A DNA stretch of 64,000 nucleotides from Octopus vulgaris (Eukaryota), in NCBI GenBank assembly GCA_951406725.2, contig OX597819.1:35278001-35342000 (forward strand). Reading direction: 5' to 3'. The notes beneath the pieces are model-generated. The model was not told where the DNA came from and ran no database searches. It saw only the letters and a list, made by a program, of their open reading frames with translations. Made by a program: the position numbers and the translations under genes. Of the stretch, positions 1-11,552 are shown one piece after another; the first letter of the stretch is position 1; each line of letters begins with the position of its first letter.

Positions 1-659
1 TCACTGAATACAATCCTTCAGCTATCCATTGATGTTGCTTAGTGTTGTCTCATTTATAACATCATAGGAGAGGATGAGAAAATATACCAGATTATGACAA
101 TAAAAATATACAATGGCATTTAATGCATGGATGTCTGAGTATTTAAAAAAAATACTTGGTGTAACATATCTGTTTTGATTTCATATAACTGAGACTGCAA
201 ATAGGTACACTGCATGTAAAAAGACAACAACTAAAAGTATTGGCAACAGGAAGGGGATACATGGCTATAAAATACCACCTCAGAAAAACCACCCAACCTA
301 TAACAGTGTAGAAAAAGAGAACATAAAACACAACTGAAGTTATTGGCCCTTATAATAAGGAGTGAAAAATAAACCGTAGTAAACCACTTGTTATATGAAA
401 GGGGCTATGAAAGAGTAGTTGTAGTAAAAATTAAAGTCACAATTTTAAATAATTCTATTGAGACTTGTTCTCTATATGATTTTAAGTTTTGAGGTAATCC
501 TTTTTATTAAGTTTGTTCTCTCTCTCATGAAGCACTGCTTAAATTATAGATTGCAATATTTATGGAGATGTTTTATAAATTCTTCTAAAAAAATCTACCA
601 ATCAACATTGAACTGGTGATTTATTTTGGCAATTGTCTTAAAAATAGGCTAAAGAGGGT

Positions 660-985
660 GACATGGCTTGCTAGAAATAACAGCCAAATATCTCTCAAAG
701 TACAACTTGGTGTCTTAAAAACAGGAAGGACATTAAATAATGTCACTTTAGACATCCCTAAAAAGATGGGATAGTTGTAACTTGAATGCCATTGATACTA
801 ATTCTGCTTAATTATGGCTAACCTAGGGCTAAAGACAACTACTGTCTTTAGAATGGACATATTTGGCAATGTTGTCCAAAGTAGACTGTGTCTGATAAAA
901 AAGTCAGGCTAATCATGGCTGGACTGCCTCTAATCATAAGTCTGCTTTCTGCTTACTAATATTCATTTTAGAACTGAACAACAAT
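660..985 (+). repeat. Old interspersed repeat of unknown class (also about 4955-5030 minus, 10615-10770, 30480-30670, 37690-38480, 45450-45633)
   Basis: Recurring ctagaaatagcagccaaatctc..atggctggaatgcctttgatcata.gtctgct..gggctaaacaacaac. Confidence 0.65.
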
Positions 986-2012
986 GATTTGAAGGAGCTA
1001 GAAATAGCAATCAAATCTCCCTTAAATACTGTTCCAGGACTTAGATAAAACAGTCCTAAATACTCCAAAGGCTGGACAGATCACACATCTGCTTGAACAG
1101 GATTGCATTTGGAGTAAATGATAAACACCAATAGTTTCCCCTTCATATGAAAAATGCAGACTGTAAAAAGCGTTTTTGTTAATGAAACATTGAGTTGAGA
1201 GAACTCTCTTAATCTTACAAGGAACATGACAACCTTACTAGTGCTGGTGCCTTGATAAAATGTACTTCTGTAAAGTGGTTGGTGAATAAGTGGAGACAAC
1301 GTAGGGTTGAGACAATGGTTTAGTCTTGTCTCATTGAGAACATGACAACCTCATCAGTGCTGGTGCCCTGATGTACCCAATATGTTCTGTAAAGTGGTTG
1401 ACAAATAAATGGAGACAACATAAGACTGAGAGGATCTTTAGTCTTGTCAAGGACATGACTCACTAGTGGTGGTACCATGGAAAAAAAAAGGCACACAGTG
1501 TACTGTAAAGTAGTTGGTATAGACTATTCAGTGATAGAAACGAAGCCAAAAAACAAAATATATGAGTGTGATGTGGTCTTTTGACCCATCTATGTGGGCA
1601 GTAACTCTAAATAGAACTGACTCAGACCACAAACAACCCCCAGCCCATGCCATCCTTGAAAGAGAATGTAAAATGATGATGATGATGTGTGTTAAATGAA
1701 AGAAACCAAGATTGGCTTTGGAAGGAAAAATTGAGTACGACCTGTTGGGTGTGTAATACTAATCAGAGAAGGAAAGATAATGAACACAAGCATAGAGGAG
1801 CAGTCAGACCAAGCATAAAAGAGGAGTGAGTAGAAGCATGGAGAAAGCAGAGTGAGTACATTAGACTGCACAGAAGACAAGATGTAGAATTTAATATGAC
1901 AAAGGGACAATGTACTGAATATCTGGACAGTCCATGTTATTATGGTAATTCGTGAATGTTAAAAACGATGATGATGACAATAACAACATTGACAACAACA
2001 ACTATAACTTAC

Positions 2013-2096
2013 CTCTAATTTTGTTTTCTGTAGCTTGGTAGTGGACTTGAACACCATTTGGATGGATTTGTTTGATATTGTCTGAAGGTCTGTTAC
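2013..2096 (-). CDS. Probable 84-nt exon 7 of the LRP11-like gene (GNRPSDNIKQIHPNGVQVHYQATENKIR); gene continues beyond window start
   Basis: Acceptor aaaaatag|GT, strong donor GAG|GTAAGT, phase 1-1, open frame. Confidence 0.68.
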
Positions 2097-3459
2097 CTAT
2101 TTTTAAACACAAGACTTCGTAAGTTCCATCAAACTTTTATTTGAAGTCTATTTCTGTTTTATACTCAAGTCAAACCAAAATAATCCACAGAATGAATAAA
2201 TAATAAGATACTAACACTATAGTAATTATTAAGTATTTCTCTATGTCAGAAATCTCTTTAAACATATTTTTGTGAGAATTAATTCTTCAAAGATTAAATA
2301 ATTCTGTAATTCAGATATCTACAATGTTGTTTTAGAATTGGTACATCAGAGTGATGTTTACTCAAACTGAGTGAGTATAATACCTATTTTTTCCTAAAAT
2401 ATATTAAGGATTGAAATCATTGCTTTTAGATATATAACCTAACCTTTCTAACTACTTAAGTAATGTAAAGAGCTGCCTGTATTGAGTTAAATTATTTTTA
2501 ATCACAGGAGATATTTTAATAGGTAATGGTTATCTCAGAAAAAGTATCAAAGTTATGAATTGGTTCTCTGTAGAAATCTTTAAATATATTATTTACTCTC
2601 ACATTTTTCTTTTTTTATCTGGATTAATTTCCCTGCATCTACTCACTAGTGAAATTGTGTGACCTAATAGTTATAATTTTGGACTCTAGATCATTAAGTC
2701 TTGGGTTCAATTCTCAAACTGGATGGCACTTTATGCCCTTGAGGATGACACTTCATTTTATATTATTACAGTACATTAAGTTGAAAATGAGTACCTGAGA
2801 CATTTGGGGGTTAACCCTGTGGTACTGGCATCCCATTCAGGAGAGTGCAGTCTTATTCACTCAACCTAAATGCCTTAAAGATCCAGATAAATTCCAACTG
2901 TACAAGCATGAATGCTCAGAGCAGACCCTTAATTTAACTAAATAATGTCATTATACTTCAATCCAAATCAATTGTCTCTGGTATATCTTGACTATAATTC
3001 TTTTAAAAGACTTTTCCCATTTTTTTAAAAAAGAAAAAAAGAACCCATGATGCTGCAACATCTAATTGTTTTTTCCTTCATAAAAGTTCCAAGGCCCTGT
3101 GACTATGTAATAAATCAATACCATTGGTATAATTAATCTATAAATGTTAAATTTAATTATGAATAAGACTGTATTTAGTGACAGCCTTTTTTTAAAAGGC
3201 AACATCTTAATTCACTTGTATATTATAAGTTATACTAGTTTCATACATTCTCCAAATTTTTCCATGGTGTTGCTTCAGTAAAACATGCATGCATCCAAAG
3301 CAAATGACAATTTTAAAAAAGTAAAACAGTAAACTTTTCTTTCAATAGAAACTCCTATATTGATATTAACAGAAGTTTCAAGGATTAGAATTAATAATTA
3401 GCAAATCTTACACATATTCAGAACTTGCATCTTATATCCTATTCATAACTTGAATCATT

Positions 3460-3917
3460 TGAGGAATTGTTACTCAAGAATTTCCACCTAAAGAATTCTT
3501 ATCAAAGTCTATTCTATTCAAAGAATTGTTACTTAAACCTGCTCTACCTGAAGAATCCTCATCCCAGCCTACTCTATCTGAAGAATCATTAACCCCAGTT
3601 TGCTCTACCTGAAAGACTCATCACTCCAGGCTGTTCTGTCTGAAGAGTAGACATCTCAGCTAGCTCCACCTAAAGAATAATCACCCTCAGAGTACTCTAT
3701 TTGAAGAATCTTAACTCTAAGCTGCTCTAAGCTGAAGAATTTTCACCCTAGCCTGCCCACTTGAAGAACTGTCTCCCCAACCTGCCCTACATAAAGAATT
3801 TTCATCCCCATTTATTCCACTTGAAGAATAGTCATTCCAGCTTGCTCCACCTAAAAAACTGTTAGCCCAGCCTGCTCTTCTCAAAGAATTGTTAACCACT
3901 TTTCTATCTGAAGAATC
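3460..3917. repeat. Degenerate 30-bp minisatellite, about 15 units (4 more at about 5360-5480)
   Basis: Consensus about tgaagaattgttaccccagcctgctctacc; units 27-31 bp. Confidence 0.88.
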
Positions 3918-4074
3918 AAACCCTTTGTACCATTAGGATAAAGCAAATCTATTCTTTTAAGCTATGTATCATAACTGCGAATGTTTAAAGAAAAGAATAA
4001 AAATAATGACCAGTGTCTTCTAAAATTAAGGTGAAACAACAATAATTATGATATTACAAGACATTATCTATATA

Positions 4075-4935
4075 TATGGTCTGATCAATAAGTATCTGGA
4101 CTGTTGCTACAGTAATAAAACTAAAGCAAGCAGAATGAAGCCGCTTGGCACAGATTGACCTTAAACTCTGCTGTGCATGTGCACTAAGTTTTAATGTCCT
4201 AGCTCATGCTGTTTACAGCAGTGCTTGGAAGGAACGTGTGTTGCATTTGATCATCGCATTGACCATGACAGAGAAAGTTGAGCAGAGAATCTGCATCAAA
4301 TTCTGCCAAAAGCTTGGTGATACCTGCTCAGAAGCCAATGCAAAGTTTTCAAAAAGTTGTCATCATTCTCAACACAATAAAGGAGATCGTGTGCAACTGA
4401 AACCTGAGTGTCTTTTTAGTCAGCTGAAAGCAGTTTTGCCACAAACTTGGCAGACACTCATCTCATACCCAAATCTTCAGTGATAATGGACTGAACTGAA
4501 CCATAACTAATCTGCACATCCTCTGATAACTCATAGATGATGATTCAAATATTTCTCCTCACAGCTGCATGCACATCTGCAAGGTTTTTCTCATTTCTGC
4601 TGGTTGCAGGTCTCCCAAAACATTCGTTAATATCAACATTTTTTCGACCATCTTAGAAACCTCTGGACCACTTGTACACTTGTGTGTGGCTCAAACACTC
4701 CTCTTCATACACTTTCTGCAACTTTATGTAGGCCTCTGAGCAGGTATTGCCATGACAACTTTCTCTGTCATGGTCACTGCAACGATCACATGCTACATAC
4801 CTTCCTTCCAAGCACTGCTGTAAACAGTAGAAGTGTGCTAGAATGTTAAAACTTAGTGCACATGCACAGCTTCACTCTGCGTGCTTTAGCTTTGTTACTA
4901 TGGCAACAGTCTGGATACTTATTAATCAGACCTTG
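4075..4935. mobile_element. Non-autonomous mariner derivative built from two head-to-head 5' ends
   Basis: TIRs ggtctgatcaataagtatctggactgttgc / gcaacagtctggatacttattaatcagacc with TA on both sides; about 200-bp inverted arms; plus strand MTEKVEQRICIKFCQKLG; minus strand decayed HTH region (VYKW..F.DGR..GRP..LGMR.VSAKFV). Confidence 0.85.
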
Positions 4936-5127
4936 TATTATGTGTTTTCTCATGGCTGTTTAACCCTAGGTCAACCCTGATCAAGCAGATCTATGATCAA
5001 AGGCATTCCAGCCATGACCATCTCCTTTTTCTCTTTATCTAGGACTACTCATCAAGAAATCCCTAGGGAATGATTTAAGGGAGATTTGTCTGTTGTTTCT
5101 AGTAAAGTGGCATAAAGATTTCTTTGA

Positions 5128-5340
5128 ATGGTGGTAGTGGTGGTTGTAGTAGTTGTACTAGGGATAGTAGTTCTGGTATTATTGTTGATGGTATTGGTAG
5201 CTTTGGTGATGTTGGAGGTAAAGGTGATAATGGTCTTGGCATTAGTGATGATGTTGTTAGTGGTGGTGATGGTATTAGTAGCAGCGTTGTTGTTAGTAGT
5301 GGCAATGTTGTTAGTAGCATTGGTGCTGTTGGTGGAATGT
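5128..5340. repeat. Cryptic (GGT/AGT/GTT)n trinucleotide low-complexity tract
   Basis: Period-3 G/T-rich sequence giving poly-Val, Gly/Ser and Thr/Asn ORFs in several frames. Confidence 0.8.
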
Positions 5341-5551
5341 GTCAAAGTTCTCACCCCACTTGAAAAATTAATCACCCTAGAGACTGTTATCTGAAGTATC
5401 ACTACCCCAGAATATCCCAGCTGAAAAATTGTTATCCCAGTCAGCTCCAGCTGAAGAATCATGACTGTCCTAAAGCTATGCAGGTGACAATTTTTCAGGT
5501 GATCTAATAAATTAAATATCATTTAGCGTTTTGTTTTAAAGTTTTACTTAC

Positions 5552-5593
5552 CGTTTCCAAGATTATGCAGATCCTGGTTTACTCTTCCATTAT
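5552..5593 (-). CDS. Probable 42-nt exon 6 of the LRP11-like gene (DNGRVNQDLHNLGN)
   Basis: Strong acceptor tatttttcag and donor G|GTAAGT, length divisible by 3, phase 1-1, no stop, composition like exon 5. Confidence 0.7.
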
Positions 5594-6644
5594 CTGAAAA
5601 ATACAAACATTTGTTTTAAATTTTCCTCTAACATACGCATACACCAATTCAAGATTATAAAAAATGTACAACTCATGAAAGGATAACAAACAGATAAATA
5701 AACATTTACAATATAAAACCTGTAAATACTTTGGCATAATGTATAAATATTTAACCTTGAATAAAGATTAAGGTGTGCATAAAAAGATACACCATAATAT
5801 GATACTAGTAGATATTATTAAAATGTATAGCACATTTCAGAAATTCCAGCTTTAAAAGTTATATAATAAAATCATAATTATATATTAAGAAAATGTACTA
5901 TTTGTAATTTTTATTTGATGCAAGATGTCTTTTTTTTTTATATTGAATAGAAATTTTAATTTTAAAAATGAATCTATTTGAAGTTTGATGAGATTTAATT
6001 AGGTTTTCTTGATTTTTGATGAAGTAAAAAGTAACTTGAAACAATTTCCCAAATTTTGATGACAAAAACAAAACAGCTTAGTAAATGGTATCATTAATTA
6101 ATTAATAATTAAAAGCTGTAAATTAATAAATCATAGCAATAAATAAGGACTTTTATTAAACGTTCAAAATGTTGCTTTTCAATAAATTGGTATTTTAAAA
6201 ATTAGTAAACAGAAAATTCTGATAGATGGGGAAAAAAACATAATAAAAATGTCAAATTGTTAAAACAAAAACAAAAAAGAAATAAAAGAAAATAAGAAAA
6301 GAAAAAAAAGAAAAATCAAATCTATGTTCCAGTGTGACATATTATAACAGATTTATGGTAAAGGGTGAAAACAATGAAGATAATACAATTAAAAACAGTA
6401 ATATCTTATATGTGTGTTTAAGTGGGAGGTTACTTTTGAGGCAGTATTAGAAGCCCCTGCCCTCCATAAGAATTAATAGAATTAAACTAATAATAATGTA
6501 GAGATAGGGAGGGGGAATTCTTCAAGAAATAAGAAGAAACCTCATTGAGATATATCATTTCATCAGGCCAGTGTTGTTTTTTTAGACTTCATCACAAATC
6601 AACCCTTCCCCTCAAAATTGCTGGCCTTGTGTCTAAGTTGTCAT

Positions 6645-7255
6645 TAATGGTGAACTGGCAGAATCAACAGCATGCTAGACAAAATGTTTCATGACATTTC
6701 TTCTGGCTTTACATTCTGAGTTTAAATTTTGCTGAGATCAACATTGCTTTTTATCCTTCTGGGGTCGATAAAACAAACTGCAGTTCAACACTACAAAGTT
6801 TCAGGCCTTGTGCCAATAATAGGAAGGATTGTTATCATCATTATTAGTAAGGTTAAGGTAGTGAGCAGGCAGAATCGTTAGAACACCAGACAAAATGCTA
6901 AGCAGCATTTCATCTGTCTTTACATTCTGAGTTCAAATTCCATCGAGGTTGACTTAGTCTTTCATTCTTCTGGAGTCAATGAAATAAGTACCAGTAGAGT
7001 ACTGAGGTTGATGTAATCACTTAGCCCCCTCTCCCAAAATTTTAGACCGTGTGTCTACAGCAGAAAGGATTATTATTATTAAGATAGTGAAGTAACAGAA
7101 AAATATCAAATTAAATGTCTAATGGTATCCAAATCTGGTTCTGGGCACACTGAGTTCAAATCTTGCTGGTGTTGATTAAAATAAAAAGTCACACATTGAG
7201 AGTGATTTAATTGACTATGTCTTTCCCCACCCCCTTAATATAAGAAATCACTATT
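6645..7255 (+). mobile_element. Three tandem family-A SINEs
   Basis: Same unit as the 13.2-15.7 kb cluster; further copies at about 34040-34238, 36567-36766, 48945-49150 (minus), 56645-56840 (minus), 58333-58565. Confidence 0.82.
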
Positions 7256-7695
7256 ATTAAATATGCACTTAAAAAACAAGTAATAAAATAAATCAAAATG
7301 CAAACAAAAATATAGGTTTTTCAGCCCAATGTTATGCTTAACAAAATCTAACTATAAATGCAATATTATATGTATATAGACATATGCATACACAAGTTAA
7401 AATCTGTCTTGAGACTGTAGGCCCACTAGGCTGGAGACTATCTTGGTTTCCATCACATTTAAGTGGCTGAGAATACAAGAATTCCCTCTGAATGCTACTG
7501 GAACACATTTTCAGCCAAGTAGACTGAAGTAATGTGAAATGAAGAGCCCTACTTAAGAAAACAATGTACCAACCGGTTTGGGTCGGATTCAGACTTACAA
7601 CCCAAAGATTGTGAGACCAGCATCCTTACCACTAGGTCAAGCACCTTCACTTATATATGTATGTATATACAATTATTTTTTTAATAAGGTCAAAA

Positions 7696-7907
7696 CAATG
7701 CAAGTTATAAAAGATAATACAGATTGATAGTCTGTACTTTTACATCATATTTCAATATTTGAGGGTTATGAATCCTTTCTTCAGGAAATGGTGTTTAGAG
7801 TTAAATTCTCTGCTGTGTAGTGTGTTCTCTGAAGATTTCCTAACTCCGAAATATTGAAATATAAGGTAAAAGTACAAACCATCGATCCGTATATATAACT
7901 TGCATTG
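7696..7907. repeat. Degenerate fold-back repeat with decayed hammerhead-like motif on both arms
   Basis: 7696-7784 is roughly the reverse complement of 7829-7907; right arm reads CTGAAGA..GAAATATT-gaaat, left arm (minus) atttc-CTGAAGA..CAAATATT-gaaat. Confidence 0.6.
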
Positions 7908-8117
7908 ATATGGCTATATATAAACAAAAGTAATTAAAAACATTTATAAATATCAGACAATGCGTCATGTAAACTCTACTACTCAAAAGACATACAGCTT
8001 TTACATGCTTCAGTCATTAGACTGCAGCTGTGTTGGGGCACAATCTTGAGGAATTTTAGTTGAATGAATTCTCCCTAGTACTTATTTTTTTAAGCCTGGT
8101 ACTTATTTTATCAGTCT

Positions 8118-8178
<61 letters not shown>

Positions 8179-9217
8179 ATTTGAGGGAATAAAATCCAAA
8201 CTTACATGGAAAAAGAATTCAATTTAGAAATACTAGATCAAATTCCACACCTATTATATACATTATATTATTTTTGTAATTTACTTAATCTTTACTTTTT
8301 AATTGTTATTTTAATTTTAACTTTTCTATTATATGTAATTTTCTAGATGGCGTAATTTAATTATTAATTTTGAATTGATAGAAGGTGGTTTTTTCTAATA
8401 TTTTATATATATATATACACATACACACACATATACATATATATAAGCATAATTAGCATATAAATTTGTTGTTTTGCATCACTCAGAGCAAGCCAGTTAC
8501 TAAATATACTATTAATATATGAAAAAGAATTTCATCAGAGTAGCAACATTTTGAGAAATTTGAAAGAACAACTTTTTGTCCTGAGTTTTTTTTTTAAAGA
8601 ACATGAAAACTGAAAGAAAAAAATAGAAAAAGAAAAAAAGTATGAAAATAAATGATTGGGAAATTGTGACATTTGTAGAAATATTTGACTTCCCAAGAAA
8701 TATTCAAGCAGTGAGACATATAAGAACACAGTAACAAAAGTGTTCAACTGAAACATGCAAACTAGTAGTGGTGGTTGTGGCAACAGAATTATAACAAAGT
8801 AATAAATGCAAATCAGGATTTGAACATGGAAAAACAAACACAAAATTGAGTTTATTTTCTGAAGAAAGTATTTTTTTTTTTTTGGTCTTTAATAAGAAAT
8901 TATGTCTAAGAAAAAAATGAATGTTAAATGAAATTTTGTGGATCCTATTATTCACAAAACTGAATTGTTTGCACATGTTTCTATCACAGATAGAAGCTTA
9001 ATTGATTTAATTTCATACTAAGTAGTATGAAACAAAATAGCAGTAGCTAAATTAGAATGGTCAAGGTCTCCTGCAATGGAAATGATAACATTATTCTGGC
9101 AGTTTTATCCACTAATGATAAAGAATTATAAATTCCCAGAGTGAACATCCTTAAATTTGTACCCGAGTAAAATGTTTCCGTAAAACAGTAAATATTCCTT
9201 TTGTAATAAAAAAAAAG

Positions 9218-9272
<55 letters not shown>

Positions 9273-9280
<8 letters not shown>

Positions 9281-9717
9281 TTGAACTTCTAAATGTCTCA
9301 GAGAGACATGAGCAGTTGTGGGGTGATATAGTGGTTGTATACTGTCAACTCAACGTGACAGTCCCACTATATCGCCCCACCACCGCTCATGTCTCTCTGA
9401 GACAGTTAGAAATTCAATATTTCTAATTTTGCTGATCAGTGAATAAATTTCACTGAAAATATTATATATTTGCAAAGTGGTTGCAGCCATCTCAGCTAGC
9501 AGGATTTGCTACCCTGGACTGATGACGGGCAAGACCCAGAAACATGCATGTCTTCAGGTGCTAATCCTAGCTGGCAGGGGTGCTTGCCTCCCCTTTGCAA
9601 ATATAAGGACACAGGAAATGTGTCAAAGCCGACAGGAAGCGTCGATGCTTCCTAGGGCTAAATAGCGGTGGTGTGATTCCTTTTACGGGACTGTCACGTT
9701 GAGTTGACAGTATACAA

Positions 9718-9719
<2 letters not shown>
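9273..9719 (+). mobile_element. Non-coding hammerhead-bearing element (retrozyme-like or Penelope pLTR-derived) with inverted 5' segment, between (TA)n tracts
   Basis: 9273-9334 is the reverse complement of 9364-9425 (5 mismatches); 9333-9365 is the exact reverse complement of 9687-9719; hammerhead inside; (TA)n on both sides. Confidence 0.65.
9513..9558 (+). ncRNA. Type I hammerhead ribozyme motif (near canonical)
   Basis: cctgga-CTGATGA-c ggg caaga ccc a-GAAA-catgcatg-TC-ttcagg: stem I cctgga/ttcagg, core CUGAUGA and GAAA, palindromic stem III, GUC cleavage triplet at 9550-9552. Confidence 0.8.
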
Positions 9720-9780
<61 letters not shown>

Positions 9781-9815
9781 TTTGAAAAGGAAGCAATATT
9801 GTAGGTTGCAAAGAG

Positions 9816-9974
9816 AGATATATTTTTTCAACGCATAAATACTAAACAGTATATATAAAGGATAAAATCCTTTTTAAAAGCAGAAAAATTTACTGGCAAA
9901 TTTTTCTGCTCTTAAAAAGGATTTTATCCTTTATACATACTGTTCAGTATTTACGTGCTGAAAAAAATATATCT
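9816..9974. repeat. AT-rich imperfect palindrome (about 76-bp arms, 6-nt spacer)
   Basis: ...aaaggataaaatcctttttaaaagcagaaaaattt-actggc-aaatttttctgctcttaaaaaggattttatccttt... Confidence 0.85.
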
Positions 9975-10080
9975 TTCTACTTATATATATATTGTAATTA
10001 TTACTTCTGAGGTTCCGCTTGCTATGAAACATATGTAGTCTGGATTCTATCTACTCCATTCTCTAATTTTGGACAGACAG

Positions 10081-10115
<35 letters not shown>

Positions 10116-11328
10116 AGCAAATCGTCTGTATCATTGTTTAGCAAGAAACTGCAGAACCCTCATACATTGTCTAACAACAGGAGAGTCCATGATGTACACA
10201 CACACACATATATATACATAAACTCCACACACATAGACTATTTTTAGAAACTGATAAAGGAACCACTACATAGCTGATCAATATTTTTTATTGCTTAGAC
10301 AGGAGGGAAGGCAGTGCCCATTATCCTTCCAGCGTTTCTGAGACTGGTGGGAGGGGGCAAACTATTATCACCGGACCTAAATGCTAAAGTCACACAGAAA
10401 CCTGGTAATAGTGTTAAACCAGACAACAACTTAAGTTTGTATGCAAGTTGGCCGGTTAGAACAAATAGCAAACTACCACTAGGATGATTTCTATCCAATT
10501 TTTCTATGATTTAACCAGTCCATCATCCTAGCTTGGTGCTTTATCAACTGTGAAAGGGATGAAAAGCAAAGTTGACCTGGTAGGATTTATCTGCCAGAAA
10601 TACCAGATAATTTACTATCTAGAAATACTAGATAAATCTCCTTCAAATCATAATCTATCACTTTGGGGAATATATTCTAGATATAAAAACAAAATAGAGT
10701 GGTCACTACTGGAATAGCTTCGATCATGTGTTGACTGATTAAGGTTGGCCTGGGTTAAACAACAACAATTACCACTATTTCTAATGGCTGAGAAATTTCA
10801 GATGTAAGAACTTAGACAAAAGGTATAGCTACCAAAGAAAATAGTTGTGTAAATAAAATGAAACAAGATAGAAATAAAATATTGCTAAAATCATCAATTT
10901 TAATGGAAAATATATTATCAAATGAATACAAACTCAGAGAAATATCAGTATAACTCAAGGAATATTATGAGAAGACAAATATGTAAAGCATAAAGACAAT
11001 GATATTCAAGAAAAGTCAAGTCGAGCTAATCAGATAGAAAATATAACTAGACCATCACATCTAATACAAAAAAAGCATTGATTGTTTTGAAGTCAGTCAA
11101 AATGTGGTAGAATATAGTTAGATATTTGTTAGCTTTACATGTTTGTAATTTATTATAAAATTCAATTGGACTGGGACTTTAAGTTTCACCAGATGGCTTA
11201 TTCACTATGTCAACTGACTACCTGAATTAACTATCAGGGAAAATTTAGAGCTCTTTAAAACTAAATTTATAAATTTGACTCTACTTTCAATACTGAGTTG
11301 TTATAAAACTTGCTATAAAATAATGTCC

Positions 11329-11552
11329 ATAACCTTTTAGGATTCAGGTTACTTTGTCTAATGTATGCTTATTTATTCACATTGTTTTGAATTAATCATA
11401 AATAATTTTGTAGCTTCAAGAATTTGATGATGAGATTGGTTAGTTTTTAGACTGACATTTTAATTTAGGTGTAGAAGATCTTGCCAATTTGAACATAAAG
11501 CAGGTAGAACATTTTGGTTGGATATGACTGGTTTAAATACTAAAGGGTTAAA
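11329..11552. mobile_element. Possible piggyBac-type MITE (smaller analogue at about 18291-18405)
   Basis: Ends taaccttttag ... ctaaagggttaa, resembling TTAA|CCCTTTAG termini. Confidence 0.5.

Noticed and set aside
3460-3917. 30-bp periodic repeat as a CRISPR array
   Set aside because: Units are contiguous and degenerate along their whole length with no unique spacers; eukaryotic context; no cas genes.
5052-5522. Thr/Asn-rich 156-aa ORF as a mucin-like exon (and overlapping poly-Val or Gly/Ser ORFs)
   Set aside because: Arises from a trinucleotide tract open in several frames; no convincing acceptor/donor pair found.
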